From NCBI GenBank assembly GCA_034716875.1, contig JAYEKX010000097.1, forward strand, positions 1 through 36,187: DNA of 36,187 nt, written 5' to 3'. Under the pieces are notes generated by a model that searched no databases, was not told the DNA's origin, and was given only the letters and a program-made list of their open reading frames with translations. This stretch comes from Candidatus Altiarchaeota archaeon (lineage in GTDB: Archaea > Altiarchaeota > Altiarchaeia > IMC4 > QMZM01). How positions within the stretch are numbered: the stretch's first letter is position 1; each line of letters opens with the position of its first letter. This document shows positions 1-7,913 of the stretch, one piece after another. Position numbers and translations under genes: made by a program.

Positions 1-269
1 TGTATGTAATAAAAATAAACGACTGCATCAGTGAGATAAAATCCTCCAGAAGGGATAAGCTGGTGATAATCGGAGGGAAAAAAGTTCCCTCAGAGATATA
101 CGCCTTATCCAACTATAATCTTGCAGTCGGGAATCAACCGCATTCAGAGGTCGCCGCACTGGCGGTCTTTCTCGACAGGTTGTTTGAAGGAAAAGAGTTG
201 AAAAAGGAATTCAGGGGCAAGAAGAAGATAATCCCACAGAAACATGGAAAAAAAGTTATCGAGGAGTAG
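1..269 (+). CDS. trm56: tRNA (cytidine56-2'-O)-methyltransferase aTrm56, C-terminal part (5' end lies outside the window)
   Basis: The frame is open from nt 3 to the stop at 267-269, so the GTG at 63 is probably internal. The motif [49 protein letters not shown] matches the C-terminus of SPOUT-class aTrm56 as I recall it from Pyrococcus. Confidence 0.8.
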   Translation, partial: YVIKINDCISEIKSSRRDKLVIIGGKKVPSEIYALSNYNLAVGNQPHSEVAALAVFLDRLFEGKELKKEFRGKKKIIPQKHGKKVIEE

Positions 270-270
270 G

Positions 271-918
271 TTACCATCCCTCCTCTCCAATCAATGGGAC
301 GAAAATGCAGCCTCCGAGATTCCTGGTGGAAGATTTCCCCCTCTTTTTTTCCACCAGTTTAAGCTCCTGAAGCATTCTCCTACCGACAGGGATAAGTAAT
401 TTCCCAGGATCCTTTAACTGCTTCAGCAGGGATTCGGGAATCCCTGGGGATCCGGCAGTTACAATTATCCGGTCATAAGGGGCCTCACTAATATATCCCT
501 TAGTTCCATCGGCAATAATTATCTCTATATTCTCATAGCCAAGCCTCTTCAGACTCTCTTCTGCTCTTTTCGCTAATCCCGGCATCCTCTCTACCGTTAT
601 AATCCTTCCCTTAACTGCAATCTCTGCAAGAATTGCCGCCTGATAACCACTGCCCGCCCCAATCTCCAGGATTTTATGATCCACACCCACATCAAGATGC
701 TCAGTCATTAAGGCAACCATATGCGGGGCGGAGATAGTCTGACCCTCACCGATAGATAATGGACGGTCCTCATATGCATATATCTTCTGATGGCCGCTCA
801 TAAATTTCTCCCGGGGAACCTTCAACATGGCTTCTATAACCCTCTCACTGGATAGATAACCCCCGGACTTCAAATCCTCAATAAGCCTTCTTCCTCCACT
901 TTCTTCATTCATATTCAT
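271..918 (-). CDS. pcm: protein-L-isoaspartate O-methyltransferase
   Basis: 215 aa. Carries GQTISAPHMVA and the SAM-binding LEIGAGSGYQAA motif typical of PCMT. Confidence 0.9.
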   Translation of the reverse strand: MNMNEESGGRRLIEDLKSGGYLSSERVIEAMLKVPREKFMSGHQKIYAYEDRPLSIGEGQTISAPHMVALMTEHLDVGVDHKILEIGAGSGYQAAILAEIAVKGRIITVERMPGLAKRAEESLKRLGYENIEIIIADGTKGYISEAPYDRIIVTAGSPGIPESLLKQLKDPGKLLIPVGRRMLQELKLVEKKRGKSSTRNLGGCIFVPLIGEEGW

Positions 919-956
919 CTGAATTTAAATTATATCTACTACTTTTAGATAGGAAC

Positions 957-1691
957 ATGAATAAATTATCTGAACTAACCCCTGGAAAGGATATATCCAC
1001 ATTAGTCAGGGTATTGGAGGATCCAGAAAAGATAAGCCTTAGGGACAAGAAAATTCCTGAAAGGAATTTTGTGCTGCAGGATAAAGTATATACTTTATCC
1101 CACAGTAAAGAAATGGTTAAAGCTAAGGTGGGTGATGGAACAGATATAGTTAACCTGGTGGCGTGGGGTAGGGAGACTGGGAGATGGAATCTTAATAAAG
1201 GAGATGTCGTGAAAATAACCAAGGGTGTATGCCTCAAGACTCATGGAGATACCAGACATCCGCCAACAATCACAATCGCCTCCAACACGGTTATGGAGAA
1301 ACAGGGGATGAATTTCCCATCCATCCGGGAATGTATGGGGCGGAGGTTTCTGGATCAAGTTTCTGATTACAGTTATTCAGTCGTCAACGGCTTTATTGTC
1401 CAGGTCTATGATACGGTGTCTTATTTCTGCAATAAATGCAAGAAATTTACGGATGAGATGTGTGACTGCGGCAGCTTTCCCGAACCCATCTATAGAATCC
1501 GGGGTGTTTTCTCTGACGGCACCAGGTCAATGAACTTCACCACCCTCTCAGAGGATGTTGCAGAGTCTTTATCCAAAATAACGAAATCGGATGCTAAGAG
1601 GATGGATGTCAAGGAATTGATGAATAAACCCCACACCCTACTGCTTTATTCCCGGGGTAAGAAACTCTATATTGAGGAGGTCATAGACTAA
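957..1691 (+). CDS. RPA-like ssDNA-binding protein (OB fold plus Zn-ribbon)
   Basis: 244 aa. The N-terminal OB-fold pattern (LTPGKDISTLVRVL...VGDGTDIVNLVAWG...LNKGDVVKITKG) is followed by CNKCKKFTDEMCDCG, as in euryarchaeal replication factor A. Confidence 0.6.
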   Translation: MNKLSELTPGKDISTLVRVLEDPEKISLRDKKIPERNFVLQDKVYTLSHSKEMVKAKVGDGTDIVNLVAWGRETGRWNLNKGDVVKITKGVCLKTHGDTRHPPTITIASNTVMEKQGMNFPSIRECMGRRFLDQVSDYSYSVVNGFIVQVYDTVSYFCNKCKKFTDEMCDCGSFPEPIYRIRGVFSDGTRSMNFTTLSEDVAESLSKITKSDAKRMDVKELMNKPHTLLLYSRGKKLYIEEVID

Positions 1692-1696
1692 ATAAA

Positions 1697-2353
1697 ATGG
1701 ATGTTTTATTTCTGAAAGTCAGTGATTTAAGGGATTCAGAGTATATTAGGGAGGGAACCCGAAATCTATTGAAGAGTCGGTTTGGGTTATGTGACACAAT
1801 CGCTCTCTGTGGGCGGATTGATGACATTAAAAACACCAGGTATGGCCCGAGGTTCTGGATAAATGACGGCGAAGTCATACAGGTAACGGTGGGGACATTC
1901 AACAGGAATGTTAGACGGGATGCCGAGAAAATTCTTGGGAAATTTAAGCCCGGGGGGAAGAAGTTATACCTCCTGGTGTATGGAAACCCCTACGAAACCG
2001 ACCAGCTGTATATCAACGTAAACAAAGATAACGGAGTGATCCTGGTAGATGAAATAGTCTATAAAAAATTCCATGAATTAAGGAAACAAAACAGGGAATA
2101 CTTAACCCGGAAAACAACAGCCTCGCCCGTAACGGCTCCTGCTGAAAGAGGAAGTAGTCCGGAGGAGGTCTCCAGCTCCGTGATCATGGAGTTCATTAGA
2201 GGGAGGGACGTGGGGGAGGGGATAAAGGTTTCAGAGATATTTCAACAGTTTAATAAGATCCCTAAGGAAGCTGTGGAAGAAAAAATGATTGAGTTGATGG
2301 AGATGGGGGATCTTTATGAACCCAAGCCAAGGCTGTTAAAAGTAATTAAGTAG
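1697..2353 (+). CDS. RPA32-like or RPA-associated subunit (OB fold plus C-terminal winged helix)
   Basis: 218 aa. Starts 5 nt after the RPA-like gene. Has an OB-like core and a C-terminal wHTH-like segment (VIMEFIRGRD..GIKVSEIFQQF...MGDLYEPK). Confidence 0.45.
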   Translation: MDVLFLKVSDLRDSEYIREGTRNLLKSRFGLCDTIALCGRIDDIKNTRYGPRFWINDGEVIQVTVGTFNRNVRRDAEKILGKFKPGGKKLYLLVYGNPYETDQLYINVNKDNGVILVDEIVYKKFHELRKQNREYLTRKTTASPVTAPAERGSSPEEVSSSVIMEFIRGRDVGEGIKVSEIFQQFNKIPKEAVEEKMIELMEMGDLYEPKPRLLKVIK

Positions 2354-3136
2354 CCCAAAGATTACTGCCAGTAAACCAAAGATTATGCAGAATAAATCGA
2401 AACGCACTCTTCTGGCGAATCTCATAAGGATGTCAATGGTCAGGTATCCGAATAGGGAGGCGGCTATTATCCCCGCCATCATATTCTGGATTTCCACACC
2501 CCCTGTTTCACCCTTTAGGGTGATGAAAGATATTAACCCCAGGACGGCGGGTATGGACATGAGGAAGGAAAGCCGGAGGGCGTTTTCCTGCTCAACACCC
2601 CTGAACAATAAAGCCGCTACAGTAACCCCTGACCTTGATATGCCGGGTAGAACAGTGAAGCCCTGCGCTAAACCAACAACAGCCATATCCAGGAAGGTTA
2701 TATCCCCCAGCCCCCTGGTTTTCTCCCTATTTCGTGAAAAATAAAGAATCAAACCCGTTAATATCAGAAATAAACCCACCCCGGCAGTTATTAACTCCCC
2801 TTGCTCTCTGTTTTGTTCAAACCACGAGTGCATCATCATATACGCTGGAATACCGGTTAATGCAGAAAACAGGGTTGAAACAATCAGAAACACGGTGAGC
2901 TTATCACTCCTGAACCGGGATAGAGACCTTAAAACACCATAAACCTCCCCACGAAATTTCAGAACCACCGCCAACAAGGTTCCGAGATGCAGGTAAAGCG
3001 CGAACGAAAGTGCCGTATCAGGACTAACACCCATCGATTCTATCATGCTGAGGACGACCTGACCTGAACTGCTTACAGGCAGCCACTCAGTAATCCCCTG
3101 GAGAAACCCTAAAACCAGGGATGAAATTAAGTCCAT
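2336..3136 (-). CDS. uppP: undecaprenyl-diphosphate phosphatase
   Basis: 266 aa polytopic membrane protein. N-terminal GITEWLPVSSSGQ and PGISRSG motifs are characteristic of BacA/UppP. Confidence 0.9.
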   Translation of the reverse strand: MDLISSLVLGFLQGITEWLPVSSSGQVVLSMIESMGVSPDTALSFALYLHLGTLLAVVLKFRGEVYGVLRSLSRFRSDKLTVFLIVSTLFSALTGIPAYMMMHSWFEQNREQGELITAGVGLFLILTGLILYFSRNREKTRGLGDITFLDMAVVGLAQGFTVLPGISRSGVTVAALLFRGVEQENALRLSFLMSIPAVLGLISFITLKGETGGVEIQNMMAGIIAASLFGYLTIDILMRFARRVRFDLFCIIFGLLAVIFGLLNYF

Positions 3137-3272
3137 ATTAATTCCTGAATTCTATTAATATATATAATATCTCATACTAAACAAGAAAAATTTTTTCTTA
3201 AAGAAAAAATTTTTGTGTCATAATTTTTTGACTCTAAGTCAAAAAATTGATGATCTTTACTCATCTCAGCTT

Positions 3273-3346
3273 GGGCCTGTAGCTCAGTTTGGTAGAGCAC
3301 CCGGCTTTTAACCGGGTGGTCGCGGGTTCGAACCCCGTCGGGCCCA
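3273..3346 (+). tRNA. tRNA-Lys (UUU)
   Basis: Cloverleaf read by hand. Acceptor GGGCCTG/CGGGCCC with discriminator A. Anticodon arm CCCGG-CTTTTAA-CCGGG. T-arm GCGGGTTCGAACCCCGT. No encoded CCA. Confidence 0.9.
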
Positions 3347-3365
3347 TATATAAGTGAGAAAAAAA

Positions 3366-3596
3366 ATGATAATGGAGGTTGGCAGAGTCTGCAGGAAGGT
3401 TAAGGGTAAGGATGCTAGAAAGTACTGTGTAGTGGTGGAGAGAGATAAGAATTTGGTGTTGATAGATGGGAAGGGGATTAAAAGACGGAAGGTTAATGCC
3501 CTTAATCTGGAGCCATTACCTAAGGTTCTTAAGATCAAGAAGGGTGCGGCCACTAAAGATGTGATAAAGGAATTGGAGAAAGAGAAATTTATCTGA
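3366..3596 (+). CDS. rpl14e: 50S ribosomal protein L14e
   Basis: M(I)MEVGRVCRKVKGKDARKYCVVV...KRRKVNALNLEPL matches eL14. The start was moved from GTG 3354 (8 nt after the tRNA) to ATG 3366. Confidence 0.85.
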   Translation: MIMEVGRVCRKVKGKDARKYCVVVERDKNLVLIDGKGIKRRKVNALNLEPLPKVLKIKKGAATKDVIKELEKEKFI

Positions 3597-3603
3597 AATT
3601 ATT

Positions 3604-4593
3604 ATGGAATCCAAGATTCTCAGGGAAATCCTGGTGAAGTCCGAAGAAGAGACTGATCCAAGATATGGCTGCGACCCCAAGAGGAGAGGGATTAAAGAGT
3701 ATCTTGGATATGGGGTTGTGAATCTGGATAAACCCTCCGGACCCACTTCGCATCAAGTAAGCTCCTGGGTTAGTAAAATCCTGCATCTGAAGAGGGCAGG
3801 CCACTCCGGGACATTAGACCCTAGAGTAACCGGTGTTTTCCCTGTTACGCTTGAAAACGCAACCAAGATTGTTCAGGCATTATTACTCTCCACAAAAGGG
3901 TATGTATGCCTCATGTCCCTGCATGATGATGTTTCAGATGATAAACTGAACAAAATTGTTAGTTATTTTCAGGGCGAGATATTCCAGACCCCCCCTGTCA
4001 AGTCTTCAGTGAAAAGGGTGTTACGGAAGAGAAATATATATCAACTAGAGCTTCTGGAGAGAGAAAACAGGTGGGTGCTTTTTAATGTCAGGTGCGAGGC
4101 CGGGACATACATCAGGAAACTGTGTCACGACATGGGCCTCATCCTCGGCGTAGGAGCGCATATGCATGGGTTAAGGAGAACTAAGGCAGGGCCTTTTAAT
4201 GAAGACTTCCTTGTTACATTACATGACCTGAAGGATGCCTATGAGTTCTATATCGAGGATGATGACGAGAGTTACCTCAGAAGATGTGTGCAGCCTGTGG
4301 AGGAAGCAGTCCAGCATCTGAAGAAGATATGGGTAAAGGATTCAGCAGTATCTGCAGTCTGCCACGGCGCAAACCTCAACGCCCCCGGCGTAAGTAAACT
4401 GGAGGAGGGAATACAGGGTAATGAGTTAATCACCTTATTCACTCTAAAGAATGAATTAGTGGCTTTGGGAAGAAGCCTTAAAACTTCAGAGGAAATCCAT
4501 GAAATGAAACGTGGAGCGGTGTTTGACTTAAAACGGGTGATTATGAATCAGGATGTGTACCCTAAAAGATGGCGTAAATCAGAGGATATTTAA
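3604..4593 (+). CDS. cbf5: H/ACA RNP pseudouridine synthase Cbf5 (TruB family with PUA domain)
   Basis: 329 aa. Motifs VVNLDKPSGPTSHQV and GHSGTLDPRVTGV contain the catalytic Asp of the TruB family. C-terminal PUA-like region. Confidence 0.9.
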   Translation: MESKILREILVKSEEETDPRYGCDPKRRGIKEYLGYGVVNLDKPSGPTSHQVSSWVSKILHLKRAGHSGTLDPRVTGVFPVTLENATKIVQALLLSTKGYVCLMSLHDDVSDDKLNKIVSYFQGEIFQTPPVKSSVKRVLRKRNIYQLELLERENRWVLFNVRCEAGTYIRKLCHDMGLILGVGAHMHGLRRTKAGPFNEDFLVTLHDLKDAYEFYIEDDDESYLRRCVQPVEEAVQHLKKIWVKDSAVSAVCHGANLNAPGVSKLEEGIQGNELITLFTLKNELVALGRSLKTSEEIHEMKRGAVFDLKRVIMNQDVYPKRWRKSEDI

Positions 4594-4613
4594 CTGAAAT
4601 CTAAAAACTTAAT

Positions 4614-4775
4614 ATGGATAAAAAATTATTGGAGATACTGGCATGCCCTAAATGTAAGGGTGATCTGGAATCAGGGGATAATTCCCTGATCTGCCGTAAA
4701 TGCAAACTCAGATACCGGATCGAGGATGACATCCCCATCATGCTGATTGATGAAGCAGAAAAAATCGAGGAGTGA
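4614..4775 (+). CDS. Trm112-family small zinc-binding protein
   Basis: 53-aa ORF, below the ORF-track cutoff, translated by hand: MDKKLLEILACPKCKGDLESGDNSLICRKCKLRYRIEDDIPIMLIDEAEKIEE. This is the classic Trm112/UPF0434 pattern (LACPxCKG...CxxCxxxYPIxDGIPxML). Confidence 0.8.
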   Translation: MDKKLLEILACPKCKGDLESGDNSLICRKCKLRYRIEDDIPIMLIDEAEKIEE

Positions 4776-4856
4776 ACTCCCTTAGACACATGCCGAGGAG
4801 GATGTGACTCACTTAGTTCGTCGCCCACCTCAACATTCTTCACATTCGTTCATCAT

Positions 4857-4943
4857 GCCGAGGTGGCGGAGTATGGCTAAACGCGCGGGCCTGCTAAGTC
4901 CGTTCCCCCTGAGGGAGCTTGGGTTCAAATCCCAACCTCGGCG
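4857..4943 (+). tRNA. tRNA-Ser (GCU)
   Basis: Acceptor GCCGAGG/CCTCGGC with discriminator G. Anticodon loop CTGCTAA. Long variable arm (TTCCCCCTGAGGGAGC). T-arm TGGGTTCAAATCCCA. Confidence 0.9.
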
Positions 4944-5162
4944 TAACCCCCCCTCCCATCTTTCCTAAAAAAATAAAGAGGATATGAAACAATAAAATGA
5001 CGGAGAAAAAATGGAAGCATCCCTTGGCTGAAAAAAATCCTGATGCGGTGGGAAGAAGACCGTCCTTTGCAGAAGGATACCATAGGACGGATGAGGAGAA
5101 GGAGCGTATGAGATTGATTCTTGAAACAGCACAGAAGGTATCCTTCCATAACACCAAGAAAA

Positions 5163-5259
5163 GGGCCCGTAGATCAGACTGGTAGATCGTCCGCTTGGCA
5201 AGAAAAAAGAAGGAGTTCCAAAATGCGGGAGGCCTCGGGTTCAAATCCCGACGGGTCCA
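5163..5259 (+). tRNA. tRNA-Ala (GGC) with a 23-nt intron at the canonical 37/38 position
   Basis: Acceptor GGGCCCG/CGGGTCC includes the G3:U70 Ala identity pair, with discriminator A. The anticodon stem TCCGC/GCGGG encloses 30 nt (TTGGCA + intron + T). The intron segment TTCCAA can pair with the anticodon region TTGG. The mature length would be 74 nt. Confidence 0.8.
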
Positions 5260-5260
5260 C

Positions 5261-5268
5261 TTTTTTTT
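5261..5268 (+). terminator. oligo-T tract (T8) directly after tRNA-Ala, archaeal-type terminator
   Basis: TTTTTTTT begins 2 nt after the discriminator base. Archaeal RNAP terminates at oligo-T runs. Confidence 0.5.
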
Positions 5269-5302
5269 ATAAACTATATTATTAATCCTAAAATTGTCTA
5301 AA

Positions 5303-6310
5303 ATGACTTTGTTACTGACGGAGGATGATATAAAATCTGTTCTGGATATGAGTAAAGTAGTTGAGGCGGTTGAGGAAGCCTTTAAGGCATATGGTGAGGG
5401 CAGAATTAACATGCCAGCTAAGACTTATCTATATCTGGAGGATGGCGACTTCAGAGCCATGTATGGTGTAATCAAGGGTATCCGCCAGGGAGTGGATATC
5501 TGCGGAATTAAATGGGTGAACGTGCACCCCGGAAATCCGAAGAAGGGTTTGCCCACGGTTATGGCTAAAATACTGTTAAATGATCCAGAAACTGCTTTGG
5601 AGCTGGCGGATATGGATGGAACCTACGTGACTGATTTGAGAACAGGGGCTGCTGGTGCAGTAGCGGCTAAATACCTCTCAAGAAAAGATTCCAGAGTAGC
5701 TGCTTTCATCGGAGCCGGATGCCAGTCAAAAACCCAGCTTTGGGGGTTATTGAATGTCCGAAAGTTGAGGGAAGCTAGGATTTATGATATAGACCAGAGT
5801 AAAGCAAAAAATTTTTCCGAGGAAATGACTAAGAAATTCAGTCTTGAGGTTTACTCCGTGGATAGTGTTAAGGAGGCGGTGGAGGATTGCGATATTCTGA
5901 CCACGGTAACGCCCTCCAGAAAACCGGTTGTTGACCTGCAGAGTATTACGGATGGAATGCACATCAATGCTATTGGAGCCGACGCTAAAGGTAAGGAGGA
6001 GCTTGACCCGAGGATATTGAAGAAATCCAGGATAGTTATTGATGATTGGAGTCAGGCCTCACACAGCGGGGAAATAAATGTCCCGCTGGAGAAAGGCATA
6101 ATATCCAGGAAAGACATCTACGGGAATCTGGGGGAGATTGTCACAGGAAAAAAAGAAGGCCGCGTATGCGATGAGGAGGTAACAATCTTTGATTCCACCG
6201 GATTAATTATTCAGGATCTCGCGGTGGGATACCTGGCCTATACGTTATGTAAGGAAAAAAAACTAGGCGAGGAAAAGTCATTCCTGAGTAGACTAAATTA
6301 TTTAGATTAA
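5303..6310 (+). CDS. ornithine cyclodeaminase / mu-crystallin family protein (archaeal alanine dehydrogenase-like)
   Basis: 335 aa from ATG 5303 (the track starts at TTG 5294). Family motifs GIKWVNVHPGNPKKGLPTV, DGTYVTDLRTGAAGAVAAKYL and the Rossmann IGAGCQSKTQL. Confidence 0.8.
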   Translation: MTLLLTEDDIKSVLDMSKVVEAVEEAFKAYGEGRINMPAKTYLYLEDGDFRAMYGVIKGIRQGVDICGIKWVNVHPGNPKKGLPTVMAKILLNDPETALELADMDGTYVTDLRTGAAGAVAAKYLSRKDSRVAAFIGAGCQSKTQLWGLLNVRKLREARIYDIDQSKAKNFSEEMTKKFSLEVYSVDSVKEAVEDCDILTTVTPSRKPVVDLQSITDGMHINAIGADAKGKEELDPRILKKSRIVIDDWSQASHSGEINVPLEKGIISRKDIYGNLGEIVTGKKEGRVCDEEVTIFDSTGLIIQDLAVGYLAYTLCKEKKLGEEKSFLSRLNYLD

Positions 6311-6353
6311 ATCCGAATAACTAATTCATCGGGATTGTATTGGTAGGTTGAGT

Positions 6354-6475
6354 TCAACTGTCACGCCCAGTTGACATCCGTTGACTCCTTTGGAGTCAGG
6401 GACCTTGCAACTCGAAGAGTTGCAAAGTGCGGGTGCGGGATGCGCTCACTATGTTCGCTTACCCCCACCAAACAA
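6354..6475 (+). ncRNA. candidate structured small RNA upstream of tRNA-Pro (class unknown)
   Basis: Four consecutive hairpins were read by hand:
- TCAACTG/CAGTTGA (6354-6374)
- TGACTCC/GGAGTCA (6382-6398)
- TTGCAACTC/GAGTTGCAA (6405-6425)
- GGTGCGGG/CCCCCACC with one C-C mismatch (6432-6469)
ACA triplets follow the first and last hairpins. No ORF is present. Confidence 0.25.
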
Positions 6476-6487
6476 GATAATCGGCGT

Positions 6488-6613
6488 GGGACCGTAGGGT
6501 AGCTTGGTTTATCCTACCAGCTCGGGGTTTCGTTGAGGTCGAGTCCCCATTAAATAGATTCGAAACAGTGATACGAAAAGCTGGTGACCTGAGTTCAAAT
6601 CTCGGCGGTCCCA
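6488..6613 (+). tRNA. intron-containing tRNA, most likely tRNA-Pro (CGG), intron ~50 nt
   Basis: Acceptor GGGACCG/CGGTCCC with discriminator A. D-arm GGGT..ATCC. Anticodon stem ACCAG/CTGGT with CTCGGG before the insert. T-arm CTGAGTTCAAATCTCGG. The 126-nt total implies a ~50-nt intron near 37/38. My fold leaves an unusually short variable loop, so the isotype is less certain than the tRNA call itself. Confidence 0.7.
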
Positions 6614-6675
6614 AATCCCCCCCCTCCATATCAACATATCTGGAAATTTATTGGTGAAAACAAATTAATTAACAC

Positions 6676-6749
6676 GCCTCCGTGGCTCAGCCTGGTAGAG
6701 CGGCAGACTTGTAATCTGCATGTCGAGGGTTCAAATCCCTTCGGGGGCT
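6676..6749 (+). tRNA. tRNA-Thr (UGU)
   Basis: Acceptor GCCTCCG/CGGGGGC with discriminator T. Anticodon arm GCAGA-CTTGTAA-TCTGC. T-arm GAGGGTTCAAATCCCTT. Confidence 0.9.
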
Positions 6750-6835
6750 ACTAAAAGGGTCAAATCCCTCTGGGTTTGACCACGTCTAATGCGGTTGTAT
6801 TTCTCTCTAGGAGAGAACGAGGTGAATTAGAAAAA

Positions 6836-7732
6836 ATGCACATCCCAAAAGCCCGTGAGTTGAATGTTTTCTTATCTGGCGTTTCACATGAATTTAAGGG
6901 TGAAAAGGAAAATTTAAAACACACATTAGATGAATATCTTGGGCTATCTGTATATTGTTCTGAGGCAGATAATGAGCCAGATTTTGCAGAAGCATGGCCT
7001 AAGCTTAAGAAGGAAATTGAATCTTCACATATATTTGCTTTGTTTATAGGCGTTGAATTTGGCAGTCCATCAGACAAAGAAGATATTTCAGTGACTCAAA
7101 AAGAGTATGAATTAGCAAGAGATTTAAAAAAGCCAATAATTGTTTTTACGACGGGAAATATATATAGACAAATTGAGGATGAACGTCAAAGAAGGTTTTG
7201 TAATCAGGTCACGAATTCCGATAAAGACGGTCTGTGGGTTCCATCACTTAAGGGGGGAGATATACAAGATGTGAAAAAATTATCGGAGTACATGATGGAA
7301 TACGTTTTTTTAACTGCAGCAGATGCACTTCCCGTTCTAAACAATGAAGATGAAGCTGGTAATTTTTATGTTAAAATTAGCATAATCAGTAGGAGTAGGG
7401 CATTGACACACGATCCAGATAATAATGAAGTTGATATTTTAATGACAATAATGATTCAGAATAGAGACAAATATGGACATTATGTCGATGCTATTTGGTT
7501 GGAGAAATTTGGGCGAAAACACAAATTAACCACATATGATACAAGCCATTATACTGGGGGCATGAATATTAATAATTCTCCAATTAAAATCGAGAAAATG
7601 GATAAAGTTATATACCGAACAACTATTAAGGTGCGCACTCCAAAAGATTTTGATATTGATGAATTCAGAGAAGAGCTTGAGAAGGATTTTAGAAGTTGCT
7701 TACCAATAAAATGTAGATGCTTGTCTGTATAA
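6836..7732 (+). CDS. DUF4062 / TIR-like (nucleoside 2-deoxyribosyltransferase-like) domain protein with an unknown beta-rich C-terminal domain
   Basis: The start was reset from TTG 6776 to ATG 6836, which follows GAGGTGA at 6819-6825. The N-terminus VFLSGVSHEFKGEKENL...SHIFALFIGVEFGS...ISVTQKEYELARDLKKPIIVF follows the DUF4062 pattern as I recall it. I recognise no motif in the C-terminal ~170 aa. Confidence 0.6.
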   Translation: MHIPKARELNVFLSGVSHEFKGEKENLKHTLDEYLGLSVYCSEADNEPDFAEAWPKLKKEIESSHIFALFIGVEFGSPSDKEDISVTQKEYELARDLKKPIIVFTTGNIYRQIEDERQRRFCNQVTNSDKDGLWVPSLKGGDIQDVKKLSEYMMEYVFLTAADALPVLNNEDEAGNFYVKISIISRSRALTHDPDNNEVDILMTIMIQNRDKYGHYVDAIWLEKFGRKHKLTTYDTSHYTGGMNINNSPIKIEKMDKVIYRTTIKVRTPKDFDIDEFREELEKDFRSCLPIKCRCLSV

Positions 7733-7913
7733 CCTGCAGCCTACACTAAGTATCTCTGGTTATCTGTTACTGCCCTGCATGTGGCAAGAAGGTTTTCATC
7801 AAGGAGGTACCTAATGGTGAATGCTCTATTAAGTTCATGCACTGCGGATACGAGATAGCGATAGATGAGCAATCAGGGGGGGGGGAAACTAAACCCACAA
7901 ACTCCAAAAGAAG

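Noticed and set aside
905-1358. ORFs 905-1237 (-) and 1095-1358 (-), antisense to the RPA-like gene. Similar shadow ORFs occur at 2385-2744 (+), 18490-19182 (+), 22301-22618 (+), 23079-23606 (+), 25327-25707 (-) and 32645-32986 (-), among others.
   Set aside because: Each lies entirely opposite a gene with strong, recognisable family motifs. Their translations are low-complexity (S/P/L/R-rich) with no motifs. They are typical antisense shadow ORFs.
4787-4869. CATGCCGAGGAGG at ~4790, upstream of tRNA-Ser, resembles the tRNA 5' end CATGCCGAGGTGG. I considered it as a possible att-site duplication.
   Set aside because: The match is only 10 exact nt plus 2. A rough estimate gives a couple of such nearby 10-mer matches by chance in a window this size. 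Integrases also normally duplicate tRNA 3' ends, not 5' ends.
3308-5412. Track ORFs running across tRNA genes: 3308-3553 (-), 4894-5412 (-), 4925-5149 (-) and 4965-5201 (-).
   Set aside because: They are read-throughs of the tRNA-Lys, tRNA-Ser and tRNA-Ala sequences on the opposite strand (for example the ...RGSNPRPPG and ...RRDLNPRPP translations of T-arms). They are not protein genes.
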